In this document: positions 37,164 to 48,779 of the stretch, one piece after another
How the letters are laid out: every line of letters starts with the position of its first letter
Numbering within the stretch: the stretch's first letter is position 1
Assembly (NCBI GenBank): GCA_965649765.1
Contig: OZ287756.1
Span: 33,852,001 to 33,916,000, forward strand
DNA length: 64,000 nt
Source: Bispira polyomma
Lineage: Eukaryota
Direction of reading: 5' to 3'
Notes under the pieces: model-generated
Seen by the model: the letters and a program-made list of their open reading frames with translations, nothing else
Told to the model about the DNA's origin: nothing
Databases searched by the model: none
Translations under genes and position numbers: made by a program

Positions 37164-39169
37164 TGTCTTCACAAATTATACATTTCTCTTCTGTGTAGGT
37201 GTTGTTCCTGTGCTGTTTCATTTTTACACAAACACTAAATGTATTGACAACTGTTATATGATTATATTACAAACAAATAGAGCTAAAATACAGTAGCTAT
37301 CCCAGATGTTTTATTCAATATATTTGTCAATATTATGTCATATATCATAATGCTTCTTTGAAATATTTGTTTCAAATTTCTAGGAAAAGAACATCACTTG
37401 TTGCAAATAACTTATCTTCATTGAATTTTAAAATTGATTTCAACTCACATCAATAGCTGGAAAAACAGTTGTCTATAAAGTTTATATTATCAGCAGCTGA
37501 ATTGTGATTTACCAACATTGTTAGTCTTTGTTTAGTGGAAAATATGATGTAATGCTGTGTTTTGTTGTTTTTCAGACATTTGGGTGAAAAGCAGTAGATA
37601 TGTAGAAGTTTTATGCTGACTTCAAAATCCAATCCAATTAAAGCTTAACTGAGAGTCTAAATAAAATTTCTATACATGTAGCATAATAATATTGGCTTAA
37701 TCAGTGGGAGCTCAAATGAGTAAGATTGCTCACCGATTATTGTATTGTACTTTGGATATGTGACCAGCCTTACTGACAGAGCATCTATGTGACAATATTA
37801 TTACATAAGGCATACCACTGGACACCAATGATACTTGAGCTGTGGTCTTCTTGTACTTCAGTACCTTGCTGCAGCATCCTTACATTTGACATATTATTTT
37901 ATTTCTAGTTGAGCATGATCTACATAATAATACTGATGTCATTTAATATAGTTATAGCGCAACGCATATTTTTTGAGGGATAGATCAAATAAACCAGATA
38001 TTTTGGGGGCAGAAATTATTATGATGATCTGATTCTGAAATATAAAACATACATCATTAAATTAATATATTCTTATATTGTGTTTTCAAACAAAAGTGTA
38101 CACACAAACTTGTGCAGAATTAATACAAAAATAATTGATTTTTTAAAAGTTATTCTACCTGTACAGAATGGACTGCTTTAAATTGGTTTCATCTAGAAAA
38201 TGCACATAATAAGTAGAACAAGTAGCATCATAGATGCAGCAACCCTATGGTTATGAAGCAAGATGACTATGCTTAAATTGAATAGTGGAAAAACCCTAGT
38301 TACTGTGATTAATGTCCAGATCCCACTGGAAAATTTACATCGCGAATGCAGCCGAAACCTAAAATTTGTCACAGTTGGTAGCCAATTCGTGCCAAGTCTT
38401 CTTTGTTTTCCATCCCGGTGGGGCTACTAGAATTTCAAAATGTTAAAACTCTCGTCATCACTCACCGTCATTTTCTTACTGCAAATTTGTCATGGTTGGA
38501 ATCAGTTATTTTGTAGTTGTAACTTTCTAATGGCATCATCATACAGACATTCACCTGTATCTCACCATTTCTCATCTATCTGTTTTTTTTGGAAAATGTC
38601 GACAATGTTTGTTTGGTAATACATTTACCCATTTGTATGGTGAATGCCGGCGAACGTCAAATATTACTAGTTGGTAGCCAATTTCTAGTGATTCTTCACC
38701 ATTCTAGTATTGTTCAGCCCTCGTAGTGGAGTCGGCTCTGTCATCGTAATTTATTGGTGGATAGTCGCCAACAAAAAAGAAAACAAAAAATGCCCCACCC
38801 TTTTTACGGAGAATGATCAAGAATCACTTCCCCATCATTCTCCAGCATTGCTAGTCATACTCGTAGCTCCCTCTCCGGAGTGGATCCTGTGCATTATTGT
38901 AATCGACTAACCAAATGTGGCAAAAAGAATATGACCAATCAGGTATAGTTAATAAAGATTACCTAAGGTACAAACAGTTGTGAAAAAACACCAAAACCAC
39001 ATGTAAAGCCAAGGTTTACATAAGGAGAACATGACCATGTAGGTAATTGGTATCTACAGAGAGATCACTGTGATAAGGCCTATTACAATTAAATACATGT
39101 CATACATTTTTCAACCCCAAATCAAGATATACTACATCAAGTTTACAATGTACTAAATGGACACATAAA

Positions 39170-39360
39170 AACATTGGTTAGGTTTTCTTTAGTTCAGCCC
39201 AAACGATGATATAAATGTAAAAAATTATGCCCCTTTTAACAAAAACCAAGCTTTTATATGTCTTGTACAGAGTTATTGATCCATCAAGTGTGACAAGAAG
39301 TTATGTCTTTCATGTATCCAGAACTTTAAAATATACGTAAAACACAATGTACTCATCCAC
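39170..39360 (-). mobile_element. inverted fragment of the MITE at 4443-4915
   Basis: Reverse complement matches ~4590-4815. Confidence 0.75.
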
Positions 39361-39499
39361 ATCTCCCAACAAATCCTATGAACTATATCATGATAAATAT
39401 GAACGACTGCATTGGCAAGAAAAAGAGAGGAACCAATATAATTTATATTGAGTTTTATGGGCTGTATTGGACATATAAGTGAAAATTATTCCATGATTA

Positions 39500-40760
39500 C
39501 CATTTCCTTGCTTTTTTAAAGTTTTTACTATGGTTTTTATTGATTCTGTCCTGCCAGAACACATCACCTATTGGAGAGTTGTAATATTCCTTAAGTAAGG
39601 CTTGTTGAGCATATTTGTTCGAGGTATTCCCCTGTAGTATCTCCTCCATATCTTGCAACGCTGCCCCATTATACCAATCCACTTGTAGTACATTGTGCTA
39701 AGCATCTTCCCAGTCAAACAATTCCATGTTGTCGCTTTGGGATACCTCACTCTGTAAATGTTATGTAATATACAACACACTGTGGGGATCAGAGTAGCTA
39801 CTTCTGGCGCATGGCGTAACCTTCCCACTGAGGCACTTAAATCTGTTCCCGAGGAGCTTAAAAGCATATTTAACAATTATCCTTGCGTGGGACAGTAGTT
39901 GAAAATCTTCTATTTATAAGTTAATGCCCTATGTCCATATGGTTTCATCATATACTTGGATAACGTGAAGGGGGCCACGTTGGCCTAGTGGTTAGTGAGC
40001 ATTGCGCTTCACAATCACTGGTCTTTCACCTCTGGGCGGCGTGAGTTTGAATCCCGTCTATTCCTATGTGGGAAAGGTGTTAGTTCCTTACTGTGGGCCA
40101 CTGATTTCAGTGCAGAACCTTGATCAACTGTGTGCAGTGTTTCCTCCAGCGTTTCCAACTACCCGTCCCAATATAACCTAAACAGGTACTAGAGTGGACG
40201 TTAAACATCCAAATTAAAAAAAAAGGATAACGTGAACACGTCATCAAAGAAATAGGGCATGGGCTGATTATTACTGGCAAAGAAGTATCTTGTGGAAGTT
40301 CGAGTAAATCATCCCATGAGGCTTGCCTCAAGTAAGAGATATTTCAGATTTCGACATCAGAGCAGCAGCCATTTGCACCAAACATCGAGGTAGATAAACT
40401 TGTAGTCCAAATCCACCACGGCAAAAAGTATATTTGAAGTGAAGCAATTGTAGTTGAAGCACCATGATCCACTGTGAGGGGGCTTCAATAAGGAAACGTG
40501 TTTACCATCTATGGCACCAATACAATGGGAAAAATTCAGCCCTAAAAAGTCCAGCCCTAAAATTGATTTGGTATTCTTGATTTCAGGTGTTAGTCCGGTT
40601 CTCAGAAGAACAAAAGGATGGTCATCCTCAAGCTCCTCAAATAGTTGCTCATAAAATTTATGCAGTGGTCTCCTCAGGATACAGGGCCTTATCCACATAT
40701 GCCTCGGTCTTCTCTTTTTTCTGGCATTACCCAGCTGTTCCTGTTCCTCCAAATATTGAG
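39500..40760 (-). mobile_element. PIF/Harbinger (HARBI1-like DDE) transposase pseudogene, internally deleted and interrupted by a SINE
   Basis: CIGAIDGKH, PPHSGSWCFNY, LFAVVDLDYKFIYLDV, MKPY, CCILHN. Confidence 0.85.
39970..40224 (+). mobile_element. full-length tRNA-derived SINE with 12-bp TSD ggataacgtgaa
   Basis: A-box TGGCCTAGTGG, B-box-like GTTTGAATCCC, A-tail; TSD at 39958-39969 and 40225-40236. Confidence 0.9.
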
Positions 40761-41669
40761 TGGCATTAAAATATTTGCATGGCCTGTAATTGAACCACCA
40801 TAGACTGTTGCATTACGTGCAATTGCCGAAATACAAAGTTGAACACCATTGTTGAAGTTCACTGTATAGCTGAAAATATGGTGAAAAGCATTATTAAAGT
40901 AGAATAATGAGGAAATATGTATGACCTCCTAGTATATATACCCCAAGAAACAGCTGTAGAAACGTATCGTGCATCTAGGGGAAACATTCGAGACATAATC
41001 AATGCATGTGGGACGAAATAAAAATGTAAGCGACATAATGGAAGCGTGCTTGGAGCATCAAAGAAGTGGCTGAAGCGTAAGAAGCTTAGAGGAAAGTATA
41101 GCCAAATGTAAGAAACGTTTACAGGCTTAAGAAATAACATGTCTCGTGTCACAAGCGTATTCAAAATGGCAACCAAAAATCCAATTCCATGTGTGTCAGT
41201 ATGTGAAACAAGGAACAAACGGACTTGTGTAATGGAAACGTCTTAGACATAATTTGGGGCTTACGCTACAGGTTTAGAATTTGTTTTTGAGTCCTACTTT
41301 GTGCATAATTAATACCTACACATTACGTAAAATTTATTTTTTATTTTATTAAAAATCCACAAAGATTCCTGAATGTAGATCTTTCTCAATCACTGCTCCT
41401 ATCTTATAGAATACGCCTATTTTCGAAAACATATTTACCTTTTTAATAACTACAACCCACTAGGACCTCTTCAGGGGATTGCTAGTTCAGTCCACTATTT
41501 AAACTTTATGTCTTACTTCAAAGTTAATCCCTAGTGAATTCAACTACGTAACCCCTCTTTCTGTTAATAATTGAAAATCCATTTTATTTTATTAAAAATC
41601 CACAAAGATGCCTGAATTTAGAGCTTTCTCAATCACTGCTCCTATCTTATAGAATAGTGTCCTAGTTGA

Positions 41670-41931
41670 GCTTTGATCACTATAATGGCTACGGCACCCT
41701 TCACCATGTGAAGCGTGAAAGGGAGTTGCGCCCCTTGCCGCCGGATGCTACGGGGTGGGTTAATACTCAATCTGGTTGCTTGCTGATCAACCAGCTGTTA
41801 ACCCCCTATCCTTACGACCTTGCTATGCCCATGGACTTTACGATTGGATCACTGATTCTGCTGTTGCGCTTTAGAAGATGCCTGGTATCAATAAAGCGCA
41901 TTAAAAATGCATTATTATTATTATTATTATT
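41670..41931 (+). mobile_element. short retroposon with L2-type 3' stem-loop and (ATT)n tail
   Basis: Absent from the paralogous site near 33943; gcgcttta...taaagcgc stem. Confidence 0.7.
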
Positions 41932-42619
41932 AAACACTTTCTGGGTTTAAAAGAAAACATATTTCTTCAAACCTGTTTACCCTCTTAGTTCCCCACACTG
42001 TACACCCACACATCATTCCTTACAACGTAGCTATGTTTTTGGACTTCTTAACTGGGTATTTAATTCTGTTTTTACACTTTAGAAGATGGTTAAGGCACGT
42101 TTTAATATAAGGCATGTTTAAACATGCAAAAAACATATATAAAGTGACCTGAATGAAGCAAACACAATTTAGCGAGTCAGGTTGGTACATGCACAAAAAA
42201 TAAGGTCAGGTTATCAAAATGTCAGCAATACCTCTCATAATGATGGCAGAAAATCCACTTGTAAACATGAGATTAAATGACAGCATTACAAATGTCTTGT
42301 ATTTGGTGAAATCGTTAAACAAACTATCAAATAATGAATCAATCTAGTGATTTCCAGCCTGTTGTGGTATATGGAATGTTTGCATTTGAAAGTGTTGGCT
42401 ATATGTATACTTTTGGAATAACACCTGACAAAGCATGGTGCATGCACAATTTTGACATGATTCAAGGTTTACATCCACAAAGGCGAAGTGAGAGTGAATC
42501 TAATCTTTGAAGAATGTCTCTTCCTATTCTAACATGACGAAATATTTAAAAAAAATAAAACTTAGTTCAACTTTATAAAATAATCATCAGTCTCAGTCAT
42601 AAAAGTACACACACCAACT

Positions 42620-44820
42620 GTTCTGTGTTATCTGCAAATTCTCAGGGCCTGCGAACTTATGAAAAACTAATTGATGTCCTTACCTATTTAAAGGAAACTG
42701 GTGCATCTATTGTATGTCTTTAAGACACACACCTTATTAATGGTGATATAAACTATGCAAACAAATTTATCAATGTTAACAATCCACAAGACAGATCAAA
42801 GGTCATCGAAAAAAATTACGAAAAGTTAGCTGGCTGAGAAACAATATCTCTGAAAAGTAAAAATTATGGTATATATATGTACTTCTTCATGACACTTTTG
42901 GGGAATTTAAAAACCTCTGTATTGTAAGGGGTAGATGGTTCTCAACCTTTTTACACAAATTAAACCCATTTTGGAAAGCTGTATTTACACATTGGATAGA
43001 AACATGTAGAATAAAAAAGATCCACTCAAATATTGGCATCATGCCTTGTTGTATCTGGTTTAACAAGTGCATCTCAAGCAACAAACTTTATTTTTCAAAT
43101 TATTCTAAAAGAGGTATTAACACAATTGGGGATATTTTAGATTCAAATGGTAAAATGATAAGTCTAGAAGATCTAAAACTTAGATAAAAGCTAAACACTA
43201 ACTTTGAAAATTACCATACAGTGAAGCAACTGATTTATATATAAATAGAAACAAAAAGGGGATAATTGGAAAATGGTACGACCATATATTCCATTCCACA
43301 TATCAATATTAATCAGTTGTACAAAAGGTAACAAATATGCGTATATTGCATTGTGTCATTCTGAAACGTATAATAGAAAGAACCAGTTAAAATAAAATCA
43401 AGAACTCAACATTAGAAGTGAAAAAGAGATCAAGAAATCAATATATAATGCATGCTTCTATTCAATATTAGATAATTCATATATATGGACTCAATTTAAG
43501 GCTTTAGTGACGTAAACACACAAATGCGCGGCCGTAAATTATACTGCACTTACGAAAATATTTTAACCGCAACCACCAACTGTGGCAGCCTTAAAATATG
43601 TCTTAAGGGACCGTTTTAACTATTTATTAATGCAGAAACAATTTAAAACTTCAGTATTTCATTAAAAAAACGATTAAAACAGTGGTATAGCGAATCCTGT
43701 ATTGTGACGTCACACAATTTGAAATTTATGGTGGAACGTCACATCTGTGAACAATTCTCGCAGAGAGACCTTTCTATTGTGACATAATACGAGTATTGAT
43801 CCAGCACATATGAACACAATATATACGCTACACAACTTAAAAAACATGTATATTATTTTGAATGAATTACATTTTTCAATATGTTTCCTTATTTTATAAA
43901 AACGAAGACTATAAAACATCTTTCTGTTTAGAAGAGTGTAACTTGAATGTTTTTCTAAAATTATTCCTGTTTTTGTGCTTTTATTGAAAAACGAATTCAT
44001 TCAAAATAATGCTGATGTTTTCCTTTTTTTAGTCATGTACAATACTTCAGTATTGATCCCTTCTTGGTGTATGAATTGTGTCACGTTTGTGAAGCATGTA
44101 CTTTGAAAATATTACCCATTTTAGTTACAATTTAACACACTGCTATATGTATTGTATGTCTCAAGATACCTATTAAAATGATACGTAAAATATATGAATT
44201 AGTATATAATTAATATATAAGTCATTCTTTATTATTTCTACTCATAAAAATGTAAATATGTTATCCACAAATCGAGTTTAAGGTCACAAAGAAAAGTTGT
44301 GCAGTTTCTGAGAAGCTCTAGCATACATAACGTGGTTTAGCGGTAATCGTTTTTTGTGTTTACGTTTCTAAACCCTTAAAATTATATACAGAACAATTGG
44401 CACTAAAGAATATATGCACAAATTAAAAATATCAAATTCAGATTGTTTAGAACTAATGGTGAAAATAGTGTAAGTATTTTACATATCTTTTCAGAGTGTT
44501 CTGTTGTTAAAGAATTGTGGACTAATGTCATATCTTAGACTAAATTGAAAATAGATGTGAATCTAGAATTGAATCAGGTCAGTCTTATATTGAGATAATG
44601 GTATCGAGATCAAATATACTGGCCTTTAAATTCTGTTTTAATAATTACTAGGCAATACACATTTACATGTGCCAAAAATAACCACAATTCAAATATATAT
44701 CGATTACAAAGACAATAAAGGACAAGTATCTAGAACAAGAATATGTAACTAAAACAAACAAATTATTTAATTTTTTCAAAAAGAAATGGTCAATTTGGAA
44801 AAATGTATTTTTAGATATAT
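42620..44820 (+). mobile_element. L1/Tx1-clade LINE relic (APE N-terminus joined to ORF2 C-terminus)
   Basis: SANSQGLR...IVCL*DTHL; GINTIGDILD; WTQFKIIYRTIGTKEYMHKLKI; LHIFSECSVVKELW. Confidence 0.7.
43500..44375. mobile_element. non-autonomous DNA transposon with TTAA TSD and GG termini (Kolobok-like)
   Basis: TIRs match at 18/21 (ggctttagtgacgtaaacaca); TTAA at 43496-43499 and 44376-44379; removing it restores the LINE frame WTQFKIIYRT. Confidence 0.8.
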
Positions 44821-47022
44821 AAATCATAAGGGACACAATCCAAGTCTTATCAAATAACCTATTTAAATCTACAATATTGTATTTTGTAAAGTCAAAGTAA
44901 TTAACCCATTTTTAGACTATATAAGAAAGGTTTTTGTTATTTGGATTTATGTAACTTTTGAGCAGTGCATCATTGGTTCCTTTTAAAAAATGTTCAGGAC
45001 AAACGTCTCATAATTGTAAAAATGCCTTTCATATTTACAGTATACCACTGCATCTGTACTGTTGTTTAAAAAAAAATTAAACCCTGAAAAGTGGGATTGG
45101 TATTTCAAATCATATTGGGATTGGTAGCTTCCCCTATTGGTCAAGTACCGCTTTCGACTCGATGTAAAGCGCGAAAACATTAGCCAATCAGATGGTAGTA
45201 ATCACAAATCGACTGTCGACTTTCTCGAACCTGTGGATGTATTCCTAAAAGAGAAATGCAAAAAAGGTGCCATATTAGGGCCCTTTAAAAATATACCAAT
45301 AGAAAACATGCCTTTTTCACAAATAATGACATGCAATAAGTTTAGCTCAAGTATCAGGTCAAGTAAGGTCATTATAGATTTCAGCTAGTTCGTTGGCAAA
45401 TCAGTTAATGCTGGGACTTCACATATTAAATACTTATGTTATGTATTGCTTATTGTCACATCTTTCCATTGATAATCTGACCGATGAAGTCGTGTAACTA
45501 GGCAGAGGTTGCCAGATATTTAAAGTCTATGTGAATCGTGCATTAAGGCATGTGCTTATCGACCCTGGAGACAGATTTGCTTGGCCTGAAGTGGGAGTCC
45601 TATTATCTGAACAGATCTCTCCAATTTGGTTATCAAACAGATCCACTATTTTTCAGCCTCTGTCCGATATGGTCAGATATATAATGTTCTAAGAAGGTTT
45701 TCACATACACGCCTAAATGGATGATTATCGCTGCCTATGTACAACAGACTGCTAATCCTATTACAATAATTAGGCCTAACTGTGAGATAAAACAAAATTT
45801 AAAATAAAAGCCAATTACTGCAATATACTAGAAACATTTACATGTGGACCAGTCATTTTGAAATTGACATTAAGGTCATACACATTTCGTGAGTTAAACA
45901 TAAAGTGTCTGATCTGCTCTTCAGATAGGACACGATCAAAAATATTAGTCTTTTTTGCATTAATCGGTTTGACCTGTAAAGTGGAACCCTACTGACCTGT
46001 TAAATGTGAACATTATTATTATAATATGTGTACATTGTAGTGGGCACTCTACTGACAAAAATTGCTAGTAGAAGAATGCACACTGCTTTTGCTACGTCCA
46101 CTGATAATGCTTATACCGGCATGTTTAAGTTGTTTTTGGCATTCAGTATCTTCATGGACTAGCCAGCTACTCAGGTGAACAGATTCCAATTGCTAGCATA
46201 TCTACAATTTCGAACTGTCTGTCTCCTTCTCAAATTCCCAACAATTTGTCCGCTGTAAAAGCTAAATGTATATTATTTCACATCAAAGTGAATGCTTTTT
46301 CAGATCCCAGAATTTCATATTATAGTGAAAACTTAAAATACTCTTTGATATACCACTTTTGGTAAATATAATTGAAACGTGTGGCTGTACCTATATGGGA
46401 CAGATATTTAAAGCCATTTATTTTAAGTTTTTTCAGTTTTTTTTCCGACTTTGAACTTGTGCCCTTATTTCAACGCCAGCTTCTCTCCACTGAAGCACCT
46501 GGCCAGAGGGGACATTCTTTTCAAACCTGGATATGTCATGATACTGATTAAAGGACCAAAAGCAAGCAAACGTACGATGCAGTTAAACTGCTTTCGTTGC
46601 CTGCGTAACTTATTCTAAACTGTGTCCAGTTGCCGCTATTAAAACAGCACTGGCACTTACCCCCTCTGGGCTGAATGCCCCCCTATTTCAATATAAGTTG
46701 GCAAGTTCCTGGGCCCTATGACCGACATTCAAGTTAGACATCACCTTTAAACCATCCTGTAAATGTAGAATTTACAACATTCAAATCTGACTTTTCACAC
46801 CTTCTGGCATTCGGGTACCTCTTTCGGTTTAAACAATAAAGTTTGTCTGCAAGCATCCAGCGTCATGCCACCTGCATGTTGGACTGTGGTGATGTATCAC
46901 TGACTCGGCCAAGGTCGGCACCCAGGTGGCTGATTCGTTCTGCCAGGCCCAACAGCATACTTTCTAGGTGTACTTGGTGGACTAAGACATCTCCCCCCCC
47001 CCCGAAAAGTTAAATATATACA

Positions 47023-47248
47023 TGTTGTAGTCATTGCTCGCAAAGCATGGCTAGTCAGTCGTGAAGTTGTAATACCTTACGGTATTATATACTTACTTAA
47101 GAATTGTTTACCCAGATACACCAATCCTAGACCAGAACCTCTTTTACTTCACTACCAATCAAATCCCTTAGCTTTTAGTCAATTTCCCGCCTTTTCTCAC
47201 ATTTGGTCATTATTAAGTTGCAAGTTAATGTAGCAACACCTTGAAATT
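47023..47248 (+). repeat. E3 repeat A1 (226 bp)
   Basis: No difference seen versus 52547-52772. Confidence 0.96.
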
Positions 47249-47417
47249 ACATTGGAATCGGCAAATAGAGCCGCCATATTGGAAATAACTGTTTGCGTGT
47301 AGGGAAACAAGCTTATTTTATATTTATTAAACATTATTTTACCTTTTTGTTTAGTGATTTTAGTGAGTTTTAACTTTTCTCATCTTATAGTGTGCCTTTT
47401 GTGTTGGATATCTTATT

Positions 47418-48779
47418 ATGGACCGTGCGAAGAAGAAGACTGTGGCTTTGTGTTCACGCTGTAATTTTTCACATTCTCGACCAGTGGGTACTAGGTGTCG
47501 GCTGGCCATTTAAGACGCCACGTCGGACGCAGAAGCCAGCAGAGTTTTTTCTACTGAAGTCCATGGTGCAGACGTTGAAACCAGCACGCTCAACTCCGTT
47601 GCTGACTCGAGTCACATTTCTGAAGATCACGTGAGTTTTGGTCAGTTTTACAAAGACGTTTTCACAGAGCAGCAGTCTATGATGAAAACACTAGTGTCCA
47701 CGGTAGCTAAGTTACAGGAAGACGTATCCGACTTAAAGACGTCTCGTTCATCTTCCCCCCAGGTCTCGTCAACATCTCAGACAATTAGGCCTCAGAGGGC
47801 AGCTCCACCTAAGCTTCCAGCACCTTTTACACAAAACATGGGCTCTTCTTTACCATTTACTCAGAGCTTCCCTCAGCTTCAGAACCCGCCAGTGAATTAC
47901 ACAGGAGTCAACGATCTTCGTTCTCACGTTTCTCATGACACTTACCCGACACGTCACAACACTCAGTTCCCAGACACACGACCAGTTCATTTGCCACCTT
48001 AACGGGAGGGCTACACACAGGACCACGCTCAGAGGTCCCTACAGAATGCAATCCTGCCTACTCCAGATGTATTAAAGCAGTCCGTTATGATACAGAACGA
48101 GGTTTCACAACGATTAGCCCGTTACGAGGCGTGGGCCGCTGATGAATCGCTTCAAGGTAAGCTCAGTACTAAACGCAAATCTGGTCGCTACAATGTATCT
48201 GAAGTGTGTGTCACCGACCCAATGAAATGTTGGCCTAATGAAGCATGTTTTTCTGGTGTGAGTAAGAAACGAGTTTCTTATGATGAGCTTACTGTGTCAC
48301 AATTTGCTGCAGGTCAGTTGCAGAACATCTTAGAAGTGAGAAACCCTACTATTTCTCGCGCCATGTTAATCCAGTTAGCAGATACTTTAAAAGATGCTTC
48401 TAATATCTCCTGGCAGATAGCCAGAGGTTCGTATGCATGTAACATGCACGATGTGGAAGAGGGGCGCCTCAGCTGGGTAGACGAAACTAGGTGGACAATG
48501 AACCGACTGTCCTATTCCCAGGCCTTAATTTCGAACGGCGCATCTTCAAATTCAACTTCCTCGAATTCCTCCTCGGCCACCGGAAAGCATGAGATGCCAT
48601 GCAGGCACTACCAGAAGAATACGTGTCAGCATCAGAAAGACCATGAGGGCAACAACGCCATTTTTAAACACATCTGTGCCAATTGTTTTCGTTTGCATAA
48701 GAAGCACAATGCACATCCAGAATCCAAGTGTTTTAAACTTCACGGACGCCCCGCAGTGCCCGCAAACGCACCCCAATAG
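47418..48779 (+). pseudogene. gag: E3 gag with in-frame TAA at 47511 and 48000
   Basis: MDRAKKKTVALCSRCNFSHSRPVGTRC; ORF-track pieces 47631 and 48087 are in the same frame; KSGRYN, WPNE, CRHYQxxxCxH, KHICANC. Confidence 0.87.

Larger units (their letters stand above)
33470..39150. repeat. segmental duplication copy 1 (partner ~41455-57280)
   Basis: Collinear blocks: 33475-33605~41460-41590; 33890-34513~41625-42485; 35928-37935~54284-57075; 38995-39150~57076-57280. Confidence 0.88.

Noticed and set aside
38317-38890. MITE with cagatcccact/agtggatcctg ends
   Set aside because: The terminal match is short and imperfect and there is no clear TSD. The region is absent from duplicate copy 2, but its boundaries cannot be fixed.
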